From Arenimonas sp. (GTDB taxonomy: Bacteria; Pseudomonadota; Gammaproteobacteria; Xanthomonadales; Xanthomonadaceae): 51,975 nt of DNA. The position numbers and the translations under genes were made by a program. Every line of letters begins with the position of its first letter. Within the stretch, counting starts at the first letter, position 1. Shown here one piece after another: positions 34,671-42,650 of the stretch. A model generated the notes under the pieces. It ran no database searches. It was not told the origin of the DNA and worked only from the letters and a program-made list of their open reading frames with translations. The stretch is taken from contig JBMSNF010000001.1 of the NCBI GenBank assembly GCA_049421545.1, positions 1-51,975 of the forward strand, in the 5' to 3' direction.

Positions 34671-36296
34671 TTAGCCCAGGGACCGGGCCGTGCTGATGAC
34701 GTTGATGCCGTCGAAGCGCGCGGTACTGGAACCGTGCGAGACCGCGGAAACCTGGCCGGGCTGGCCCTTGCCGTCGAAGAACGAGCCGCCGAAACGGTAA
34801 TCGCGTTCGTCGCAGATGGCCGAGCAGGCGCTCCAGAATTCCGGCGTGCGGATCTGGTAGGCGACGTCTTCGACCATGCCCTTTATTTTGCCGTTTTCGA
34901 TTTCATAGAACAGCTGGCCGCCGAACTGCGCGTTGTAACGCTGCTGGTCGATCGAGAACGAGCCGTCACCGATGATGTAGATGCCTTTTTCGACATTCTT
35001 GATCATGTCCGCCACCGACAGCGGCGATTTGCCCGGTTCAAGCGAAACGTTGGCCATGCGCTGGAACTGCACGCTCGACCAGGAGTCGGCGTAACAGCAG
35101 CCATGCGATTCGGCTTCACCGATGATGTGGGCCTGATCGCGGATGGCCTGGTAATTGACCAGGGTGCCGTCCTTGACCAGATCCCAGCGCTTGGTCTTGA
35201 CGCCTTCATCGTCGTAACCGACGGCGCCGAGCGTGTTCGGCTGGACCTTGTCGGCGAACAGGGTGACCCTGTCGCTGCCGTACTTGAATTTGTCCTTCAG
35301 TTTGTCGATGGTGGCGAAGCTGGTACCGGCATAGTTGGCTTCATAACCGAGGACGCGGTCGAGTTCGAGCGGATGTCCGACGTTTTCGTGGATGGTCAGC
35401 CACAGATGGGAGGGATCGAGCACCAGATCGTACTTGCCGGGCTTGACCGAGGGCGCTTTCAGTTTCAGCTGGGCCTGCTTGGCGGCGGCAATGGCGTCTT
35501 CCTTCATGTCGTAACGGTCCTTGTAGGCGGTCAGCCCGTTCGGCAGCGCGATGCTGCGGCCGCCGTCGAGGTATTCGTAGCCCATGCCCATCGGCGAAGA
35601 CAGGCTGTCGCGGCTGCGGAATTTGCCGGTGGCCTTGTCGATGGCGGTGACCGTGAAGGTCGGCCAGATCCGGTGCACGTCCTGGTCGATGTAGGAACCG
35701 TCGGTGGACGCGAAATATTTCTGCTCGTTGACCAGGAACAGCATGGAGTTGACGAAATTGGCGCCGGCGGCCATGGCCGCACTGTTGGCGGAAAGCAGCA
35801 GATCGACCTTGTCCTTGACCGGCACTTCCATCGCGTTTTTCTTGATCGGCGTGGCCCAGGACACTTCACCGACGCCCTTGACCGGCGCCAGCTGTACCGG
35901 CTTGGTCTGTGACTTGGCGTTGGCTTTGGCAATGGCGACCGCCTGTTGGGCGGCCTTGGCGATGGCGGCATTGCTGAGGTCGCTGGTGGCGGCGAAGCCC
36001 CAGGTGCCGTTGGCGATGACGCGGATGCCGGCACCGATGGACTCGGTGTTGACCACGTTCTGCACCTTGTTTTCGCGGGTGATCACGAACTGGCGCATAT
36101 AGCGGCCGATGCGGACGTCGCAGTAGCTGGCGCCGGCGGCGGTGGCCGCACCGAGCGCGATGTCGGCCAGCACTTTCTTGCGGGCCGGATCCATTTTGGT
36201 CAGCAAGGCTTCGGCCGCCACGGCGTTGCCGAAGCCCGGAATCATGAAGCCGCTCAGGCCGATGCCCGATGCCGCCAAGAAATGTCGTCTATCCAT
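34671..36296 (-). CDS. tldD: TldD family metalloprotease with Tat signal (paralogue B)
   Basis: AGGAG RBS; MDRRHFLAASG...AVAA; HENVGH; YDDEG; QRMAN; FFDGKGQP. Confidence 0.9.
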   Translation of the reverse strand: MDRRHFLAASGIGLSGFMIPGFGNAVAAEALLTKMDPARKKVLADIALGAATAAGASYCDVRIGRYMRQFVITRENKVQNVVNTESIGAGIRVIANGTWGFAATSDLSNAAIAKAAQQAVAIAKANAKSQTKPVQLAPVKGVGEVSWATPIKKNAMEVPVKDKVDLLLSANSAAMAAGANFVNSMLFLVNEQKYFASTDGSYIDQDVHRIWPTFTVTAIDKATGKFRSRDSLSSPMGMGYEYLDGGRSIALPNGLTAYKDRYDMKEDAIAAAKQAQLKLKAPSVKPGKYDLVLDPSHLWLTIHENVGHPLELDRVLGYEANYAGTSFATIDKLKDKFKYGSDRVTLFADKVQPNTLGAVGYDDEGVKTKRWDLVKDGTLVNYQAIRDQAHIIGEAESHGCCYADSWSSVQFQRMANVSLEPGKSPLSVADMIKNVEKGIYIIGDGSFSIDQQRYNAQFGGQLFYEIENGKIKGMVEDVAYQIRTPEFWSACSAICDERDYRFGGSFFDGKGQPGQVSAVSHGSSTARFDGINVISTARSLG

Positions 36297-36410
36297 CGCA
36301 GTGCTCCTGGGTTGATGAGGGGGTCGCGCCACCGGCCGGCGGCAGGCGAACCCCCATCATAGTGAAGGCCTTCCGGCATTGGCATAGCCCATTAGTCATG
36401 GCGACAGGGC

Positions 36411-38039
36411 TCATCCGAGCGAACGGGCGGTATTGATGATGTTGATGCCGTCGAAACGGGTGGTGGCCGCGCCATGGGAAACCGCCGACACCTGGGACGG
36501 CTGGCCTTTGCCGTCGAAGAAGGAACCGCCGTGGCGGAAATCGCTTTCATCGCAGATGGCGGTGCAGGCGTTCCAGAACTCCGGGGTCCGGATCTGATAA
36601 GCCACGTCTTCGATCATGCCGGTGATCTTGCCGTTTTCGATTTCATAGAACAGCTGGCCGCCGAACTGGGCGTTGTAACGCTGCTGGTCGATCGAGAACG
36701 AACCGCGGCCGAGGATATAGATGCCCTTTTCGACATTCTTGATCATGTCTGCGGGCTTCAGGGGCTTTTTACCCGGAGATAGCGAAACGTTCGCCATGCG
36801 CTGGAATTGCACGTCCGCCCAGCTCTGCGCATAACAGCAGCCCTGCGATTCGGTTTCGCCGATGATGTGGGCCTGATCGCGGATAGCCTGGTAATTGACC
36901 AGAATGCCGTCCTTGACCAGATCCCATTGCTTGGTCTTGACCCCTTCGTCGTCGTAACCGACGGCACCGAGGGTTCCGGGCACGGTCTTGTCGGCGAACA
37001 GGGTGACGATGTCGCTGCCGTAACGGAAACCCTGCTCGCGCTTGTCGAGGGTGGCGAAACTGGTGCCAGCGAAATTGGCTTCGTAGCCCAGCACACGGTC
37101 GAGCTCCAGCGGATGTCCGACGTTTTCATGGATGGTCAGGAACAGATTGCTCGGATCGAGCACCAGATCGTACTTGCCGGGCTTGACCGAGGGCGCCTTG
37201 AGTTTCATTACCGCGTGCTTGGCCGCCTGCACGGCGTCCTCGAGCATGTCATAGCGATCTTTGTAAGCCGTCAATCCATTGGGCAGCGAGATGCTCCGGC
37301 CGCCCTCCAGGTACTCGTAGCCCATGCCCATCGGCGATGACAATGCGTTGCGGCTGCGGAACTTGCCGCTGGCCTTGTCGATGGCGGTGACATTGAAATT
37401 CGGCCAGATCCGGTGCACATCCTGGTCGATGTAGGAACCGTCGGTGGAGGCGAAATATTTCTGTTCGTTGACGATGAACAGTTGGGAATTGATGAAATTG
37501 GCGCCGGCCGCCATCGCAGCGGCATTCACGCCGAGCAGCAGTTCGACCTTGTCCTTGACCGGCACGGCCATGGCGTTGCGGCCGATCGGCGTGGCCCAGG
37601 ACACCTGTCCGACACCCTTGACCGGCGCCAGACGCACCGGCTCGGTCTGCGCCACGCTGTTGGCGCGCGCAATGGCGACCGCCTGACGGGCGGCGCGAGC
37701 GATGCCGTCGTTGCTGAGATCGCTGCTGGCGGCGAAGCCCCAGGTGCCGTTGACGATGACACGGATGCCGGCGCCGGTGGATTCGCTGTTGAGGACGCTT
37801 TGGACGCGTTTTTCACGGGTGGTGATGGACTGCCGGAGATAGCGGCCGATGCGGACATCGCAGTAGCTGGCGCCGGCGCCGGTGGCGGCAGCGAGCGCGA
37901 TGTCGGCCAGTACTTTCTTGCGCGCCGGATCCATCGTTTCCAGAAGGGCTTCTGCGGCCACGGCACGCCCGAAACCGGGAATCATCAGGCCGCCGAGCGA
38001 TGCGCCCGAGGCTGCCAGAAAATCACGTCTATCCATCAT
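36411..38039 (-). CDS. tldD: TldD family metalloprotease with Tat signal (paralogue A)
   Basis: GGAG RBS; MMDRRDFLAASG...AVAA; HENVGH; YDDEG; FFDGKGQP. The longer track ORF overlaps the upstream gene and was trimmed. Confidence 0.9.
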   Translation of the reverse strand: MMDRRDFLAASGASLGGLMIPGFGRAVAAEALLETMDPARKKVLADIALAAATGAGASYCDVRIGRYLRQSITTREKRVQSVLNSESTGAGIRVIVNGTWGFAASSDLSNDGIARAARQAVAIARANSVAQTEPVRLAPVKGVGQVSWATPIGRNAMAVPVKDKVELLLGVNAAAMAAGANFINSQLFIVNEQKYFASTDGSYIDQDVHRIWPNFNVTAIDKASGKFRSRNALSSPMGMGYEYLEGGRSISLPNGLTAYKDRYDMLEDAVQAAKHAVMKLKAPSVKPGKYDLVLDPSNLFLTIHENVGHPLELDRVLGYEANFAGTSFATLDKREQGFRYGSDIVTLFADKTVPGTLGAVGYDDEGVKTKQWDLVKDGILVNYQAIRDQAHIIGETESQGCCYAQSWADVQFQRMANVSLSPGKKPLKPADMIKNVEKGIYILGRGSFSIDQQRYNAQFGGQLFYEIENGKITGMIEDVAYQIRTPEFWNACTAICDESDFRHGGSFFDGKGQPSQVSAVSHGAATTRFDGINIINTARSLG

Positions 38040-38106
38040 CGCTGCTCCACCGCAAAATGCGTCATCGGATTTCCATGATAACTGAAATCGGGCTCCGGGC
38101 AGCTCG

Positions 38107-39240
38107 TTACAAATCGCGCTCGTTGAGGATGTCCGAAATCGGTGAGCCCGCCATGCGCGCCAGCTCCTCGAGCGACTTCGGCTCCTCGTCGACCAGGCTG
38201 CTCTGGATGCCTTCGAGCTGGTCGAAGATGCGTTCGAACACATGCACCAGCTCAGGGTCGAAATGGCTGCCCGAGCGCTCGCGGAAAAACGCGAGGGTTT
38301 CTTCGGCGGACCAGGCGGTTTTGTAGGGGCGCGCCGAACGCAGCGCGTCGTAGACATCGCAGATGGCGGCAATGCGGCCCGACAGCGGGATGTCTTCGCC
38401 TTTCAGGCCCTGCGGGTAGCCTTGTCCATCCCAGTGTTCATGATGAAAAAGCGCAATTTCGGCCGCGAGCTGGGTCAACGGCGTCGCCTTGCTGTCATTC
38501 AGGATGTGATAGCCGATGCGGGCGTGATGCTGCATGATTTCACGCTGTTCCGGTGTGAACGGCCCTGACTTCTTCAGGATTTCCTCCGGAATGCCGATTT
38601 TGCCGATGTCATGCATCGGCATGGCCAGCCGCATGTTTTCGCATTGCTCTTCGGTCAGACCGATGGCGCGCGCGATCAGTGCCGCGTATTCACCGATACG
38701 CATGACATGCCGTTCGGTTTCATTCTCACGGTATCCGGCAGCCCGGGAGAGCATGCCGATGATGCTCTGGTAGCTGTCACGCAGCTGGGCGGTGCGCGCA
38801 AACACGGCCTGATCGAGCTGGTCGCGTTCGGTGCGCAGGGACTGGGTGGCCACGCTCAATGCGAGGCTGTTGCGGACGCGCAACAGCAGCTCGGGCAGGT
38901 CAAGCGGCTTGCAGATGTAATCATTGGCACCGAGCGACAGTCCCTTGCGGCGGTCTTCCGGGCGGCTCAGGGCGCTGACAACGATGATCGGCGAAGCGCT
39001 GCGGTCGCGGTCCTCGAGCGCTTTCAGGATATCGAAACCGTTGGGTGCCGGCATGTCCAGATCAAGCACCAGAAGATCCCAAGCCATGCCCTGCAACCAA
39101 TCCAGCGCCGCCGCCGAATCGCTGAATGCCCGCACATTGCGCAGGCCGAATGCCTTCATGCTGGATTCCAGCAGCCTGAGATTGGCCGGCGTATCGTCGA
39201 CGAGCACGACGGCTGCATTTTTGACATTTTCGGGCAACAT
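38107..39240 (-). CDS. Response regulator with HD-GYP c-di-GMP phosphodiesterase domain (RpfG-like)
   Basis: REC (VDD...LDLDMP...KP), then ET..H..R, MHDIGK, HHEHWDGQGYP, DVYDAL...RPYK. Confidence 0.93.
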   Translation of the reverse strand: MLPENVKNAAVVLVDDTPANLRLLESSMKAFGLRNVRAFSDSAAALDWLQGMAWDLLVLDLDMPAPNGFDILKALEDRDRSASPIIVVSALSRPEDRRKGLSLGANDYICKPLDLPELLLRVRNSLALSVATQSLRTERDQLDQAVFARTAQLRDSYQSIIGMLSRAAGYRENETERHVMRIGEYAALIARAIGLTEEQCENMRLAMPMHDIGKIGIPEEILKKSGPFTPEQREIMQHHARIGYHILNDSKATPLTQLAAEIALFHHEHWDGQGYPQGLKGEDIPLSGRIAAICDVYDALRSARPYKTAWSAEETLAFFRERSGSHFDPELVHVFERIFDQLEGIQSSLVDEEPKSLEELARMAGSPISDILNERDL

Positions 39241-39249
39241 CGGTTTTCC

Positions 39250-42138
39250 TCAGCTGTTCAGAATCGCACCGACCAGTCGGCGCAGCTCGTCCCGATCCAG
39301 CGGCTTGGCAAGAAATCTCTGGCAGTCCATCGTCTGCAACTGATCGGAGCCGACCACACCGCTGAGCACAATGACCTTGAGCGACCGCGTCCGGCTGTTA
39401 TCGCGCAGCACACGCAGCACTTCCTGACCATTGATTCCGGGAAGATTGATATCCAACAATAACAGATTCGGCGGCGCATCGATGATGCGGGCCACGGCTT
39501 CGCGGCCATCGGCGATGATTTCAATGACCGCCAGATCCTCGAGCGCTTTGGTGACCAGAAACTGGCTTGCCGGGTCATCTTCGACCAGAAACACTTGCGG
39601 CAGGGTGCGGGCTTCTGCCGGCGCCACCGGCTCCGCAGCGGATGCGGACGCAATCGGCGGCTTCGATTGAGCCATCGGGAGCTCGATCCAGAAACTGCTG
39701 CCGATGCCGGGATGGCTGTTGACGCCCATGCGTCCGCCCATCAGCTGGGCGAACTCGCGGCAGAGCGACAGGCCGAGACCGGTGCCGAGAATGGCCGTGT
39801 TCTCGCGTCCCAGCCTCTGGAACGGCTGGAACAGCTGGGCCTGCAGTTCTTGGCCGATGCCCATGCCGGTGTCTTCCACGATGATGCGGGCGTGCTGGCC
39901 GGCAATCTGGTAAGTCAACGTGATTTGGCCGTCGGGGGAATTGTATTTGATGGCGTTGGAAATCAGATTGATGATGACCTGCCGGAGTCGGCGCTGGTCG
40001 GCAAGCACGTTGAAATCCTCAGCGGGCAGATCGAGGTTGAGCGTCAAGCCGGCCCGCTCGACTTCGACACGGACCAGCTCCGCACAGGCACGCATGGTCT
40101 CGGGCACGCTCACGGCAATGAGCTCGAGTACCGGCGTCTCGGCCTGGGCGCTCGACCATTCGAGGATGTCACCGACGACCTGGTTCAGGTGACTGCTGGC
40201 ACTGAGGATCTCCTCGATGTATTCCGGCTCGTCGCCGCCGGAACCCGGCGGGTGCTGCATGCGCATGAGCTGGGCAAACCCCTGGATTGCATTGAGTGGC
40301 GTCCGCAGCTCGTGGGTCATGCTCGAGATGAAACGCGATTTGGCGACACTGGCGGCCTGCGCCTCGATGCTGGCCGCGCGCAGTTCCATTTCGGTTTGCT
40401 TCAGCGTATCGATATCGTGGTGGGTACCGCCGATCAGAAGGGCTTTGCCCGTTACCGGATCGCGCTCGAGCACTCGCCCGCGGCTGAGCAGCCAATGGTA
40501 ATTGCCGTCAGCATCGGCAAAGCGGTATTCGCTGTAATAGAAGTCCTGCAGGCCGTCGATCGCCTTCTGTTTGGCTTCGAATACCCCCGGCAGGTCATCG
40601 GGGTGGCCGTGCGAACGGAACTCCTCCTCGCTGACCGTTTCACCGCTCAGCCCGAAACGCTTGGCCAGACGCCCGCGCACGGTCACGGTGTTGGCACGCA
40701 GATCCTGCTCCCAGATGCTCTCGGTGGTGCCTTCCAGCACCAGTTCGAGCCGGCGCTGCGCATTCTGGCGCTCGTCTTCGCTTTGCCCCAGCCGGTGGCC
40801 CATGAGGGATGCGTGTTCGGCCATGGCATCCAGCTCGCTGATTTCGGACACGGCTTTCGGTGGCTGCCACTGGCCGTTGCCGATCTGATCCATCATGCTG
40901 GACACCCCGATGATGGGTTTTTCCAGACGGGCGCTGAGGCTGCGGGAACGCAGCCACATGTAGGTGAAGAACGCCAGATAGAAGAACACCAGGCCTGCGA
41001 TGAGCAGATAGCCGATCTGGGTGAAGCGGCTGGCCAGGGCATTGGTCTGCCGGAAGATGTCCTCTTCGGCAACCACCGTCATCAGGCGCCAACCGGTCTG
41101 ATCGATGGTGGTCCAGGCCACCAGATGCGGTTTGCCGCCGAAATTCAACGCCTGGATGCCGGCCGGACTGCCCTTCATGGCCTGCGCCAGCTGGCGGGTA
41201 TCCGCACGCTTGCCGAGATTGAAATCGGACGGCTTGTACAGTTCCTTGCTGATGGCCTCGTTGTAGGTGAAGTCGGTCAGTTCGGTCAAGCCGAAATCGG
41301 ATTCGCCCGCCTTGGGCAGGGCCATGATGTTGAGATCGCCGCTGACCAACACCGCGTAACCCTGCCAGGGCACTTCAAGGCTGTTGATCTCGTTGAGGAT
41401 GCTGCCGACCGTTACATCAAGACCGACCACACCCTCCAGAAAATCGCCCCGGTACACCGGCGCGATGGCGGACATCATCCAGCCTTGGCCGGCCGGGTCG
41501 ACATAGACATCGGTCCAGATCACTCCGCGTTTCGGGTTGTGCTTGGCATCTGCCAGATAATAAAAGTTGTACTCCGGTATCGATAGGTTGTGATCGTACT
41601 GTTCCGGGGTCAGGAACCAGGGGTAGATGTAATTCAGGCTGTCCCAGGTGTTGAAATAAACCGCCGCCACCAACGGATTCTCGGCCTTGATCTGCCGCAT
41701 CAGGCCATCCACATGCTCGAGCTTTGCGAGCTTGACCAGATTGTGGTTATCGTTAGATGCGGCATAGAACACGGCGGGGCGGCCGTCGTCTTTCGGGCTG
41801 TAACGGACGCCGGTCGGCGTCATGGCCAGATTCGAACTCGGCGGCCTCGGCTTCGGATCGCGCAGGGCGCTGTCCACTTCGTTGGCATACATCCGGGTCA
41901 ACGCACTGATTGTCGACAGCTGCTGATCGATCACGCGCGATTCCTGGCGGGTGACCAGACTCAGATCGGTGCGGGCGGTTTCACGCAGATACTCGATCTG
42001 TGCGTCGCGGATCGCACTGTTGCTCAGCAGATAAACGGCGATCAACACCGTTTCCACCAGCAACAGCGGAATCAACGCGCTTTGCACGAAAGCACGCCAC
42101 ATCCAAGAGCGCAGGCGTACGGTTCGGTTATCGGTCAT
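39250..42138 (-). CDS. Hybrid sensor histidine kinase (TM-dCache-TM-PAS-HisKA-HATPase-REC)
   Basis: Cache motif WTDVYVD; PAS HPDD...W...RG; H-box THELRTPL; NAIKY, DTGMGI, GTGLGL; C-terminal REC LDINLP. Confidence 0.93.
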   Translation of the reverse strand: MTDNRTVRLRSWMWRAFVQSALIPLLLVETVLIAVYLLSNSAIRDAQIEYLRETARTDLSLVTRQESRVIDQQLSTISALTRMYANEVDSALRDPKPRPPSSNLAMTPTGVRYSPKDDGRPAVFYAASNDNHNLVKLAKLEHVDGLMRQIKAENPLVAAVYFNTWDSLNYIYPWFLTPEQYDHNLSIPEYNFYYLADAKHNPKRGVIWTDVYVDPAGQGWMMSAIAPVYRGDFLEGVVGLDVTVGSILNEINSLEVPWQGYAVLVSGDLNIMALPKAGESDFGLTELTDFTYNEAISKELYKPSDFNLGKRADTRQLAQAMKGSPAGIQALNFGGKPHLVAWTTIDQTGWRLMTVVAEEDIFRQTNALASRFTQIGYLLIAGLVFFYLAFFTYMWLRSRSLSARLEKPIIGVSSMMDQIGNGQWQPPKAVSEISELDAMAEHASLMGHRLGQSEDERQNAQRRLELVLEGTTESIWEQDLRANTVTVRGRLAKRFGLSGETVSEEEFRSHGHPDDLPGVFEAKQKAIDGLQDFYYSEYRFADADGNYHWLLSRGRVLERDPVTGKALLIGGTHHDIDTLKQTEMELRAASIEAQAASVAKSRFISSMTHELRTPLNAIQGFAQLMRMQHPPGSGGDEPEYIEEILSASSHLNQVVGDILEWSSAQAETPVLELIAVSVPETMRACAELVRVEVERAGLTLNLDLPAEDFNVLADQRRLRQVIINLISNAIKYNSPDGQITLTYQIAGQHARIIVEDTGMGIGQELQAQLFQPFQRLGRENTAILGTGLGLSLCREFAQLMGGRMGVNSHPGIGSSFWIELPMAQSKPPIASASAAEPVAPAEARTLPQVFLVEDDPASQFLVTKALEDLAVIEIIADGREAVARIIDAPPNLLLLDINLPGINGQEVLRVLRDNSRTRSLKVIVLSGVVGSDQLQTMDCQRFLAKPLDRDELRRLVGAILNS

Positions 42139-42167
42139 CGGAATAAAAAAGTCCCCATTTCACTGAG

Positions 42168-42196
42168 AGCATAGCGACTCGGCAGACCGCTGCCAA
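42168..42196 (-). promoter_or_regulatory. Putative sigma70 promoter of the kinase operon
   Basis: Minus strand TTGGCA-N17-TATGCT, 30 nt upstream of the ATG. Confidence 0.45.
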
Positions 42197-42200
42197 TCAC

Positions 42201-42229
42201 GCAAAAAGAAGCCACGCGGTGCGTGGCTT
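42201..42229 (-). terminator. Orphan intrinsic terminator (no upstream CDS on this strand)
   Basis: AAGCCACGC-ACC-GCGTGGCTT followed by CTTTTTG on the minus strand. Confidence 0.6.
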
Positions 42230-42305
42230 GAAAAGTGTTATGGAATGAACACACCCGGGAGCGACGGAGCCAAGAGAGGGAGGGCGCTCCGTAACTCAGG
42301 TAAAT
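42201..42305 (-). ncRNA. Candidate small regulatory RNA, about 100 nt, three hairpins
   Basis: ACGGAGC/GCTCCGT stem with loop GCCCTCCCTCTCTTG; GTGTT/AACAC stem with loop CATTCCAT; terminator hairpin; AT-rich promoter-like region immediately upstream. 5' end approximate. Confidence 0.45.
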
Positions 42306-42313
42306 CCATATTA

Positions 42314-42360
42314 TTTTAATAACCATTATCTGAGTATTAATGTTTTTAATATCCATTATG
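42314..42360. promoter_or_regulatory. Direct repeat pair, Fur-box-like operator candidate
   Basis: TTTTAATA(A/T)CCATTAT at 42314-42329 and 42344-42359, period 30; minus strand reads GATAATGGTTATT and CATAATGGATATT. Confidence 0.4.
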
Positions 42361-42650
42361 TGTTTTTTTAATCTAATCAACGAGATATGCGCCCATCCGC
42401 ACAGAGCCGTGCTGCGGTTATTGTCTGCCGGCCGGTCACGGCGCACCGTGCGATCGTGCACTGGGTGTTCGCCCGGAGCCATGACGCGGCCTCCGGCGGA
42501 AGCCGCCCCGAAACTGTAAATTTGTTGTGAACTCTGCCGCCGGCAACGATGCAACCCTCTGGAAAGCATGGATTTGCGCAGAAAACATACGCTCGCGAAG
42601 TGCCTTCCGCCAATGCGCTATCATCGGATGCAAACCCTTGACCTCGGCAC

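Noticed and set aside
33309-38039. RiPP biosynthetic cluster suggested by TldD/E
   Set aside because: No YcaO, precursor peptide, modifying enzyme or exporter in the neighbourhood.
38040-38372. N-terminal extension of tldD-A in the ORF track (653 aa)
   Set aside because: Overlaps the HD-GYP gene; RBS, Tat motif and paralogue alignment put the start at 38039/38036.
39595-41586. 663 aa plus-strand ORF
   Set aside because: Shadow of the histidine kinase.
42135-42569. 144 aa ORF across the AT-rich intergenic region
   Set aside because: Atypical composition, no RBS or motif, and it crosses a terminator.
42400-42645. Possible c-di-GMP or other riboswitch near the HD-GYP locus
   Set aside because: Could not find the c-di-GMP-I core or other recognisable consensus by eye; an Rfam scan would be decisive.
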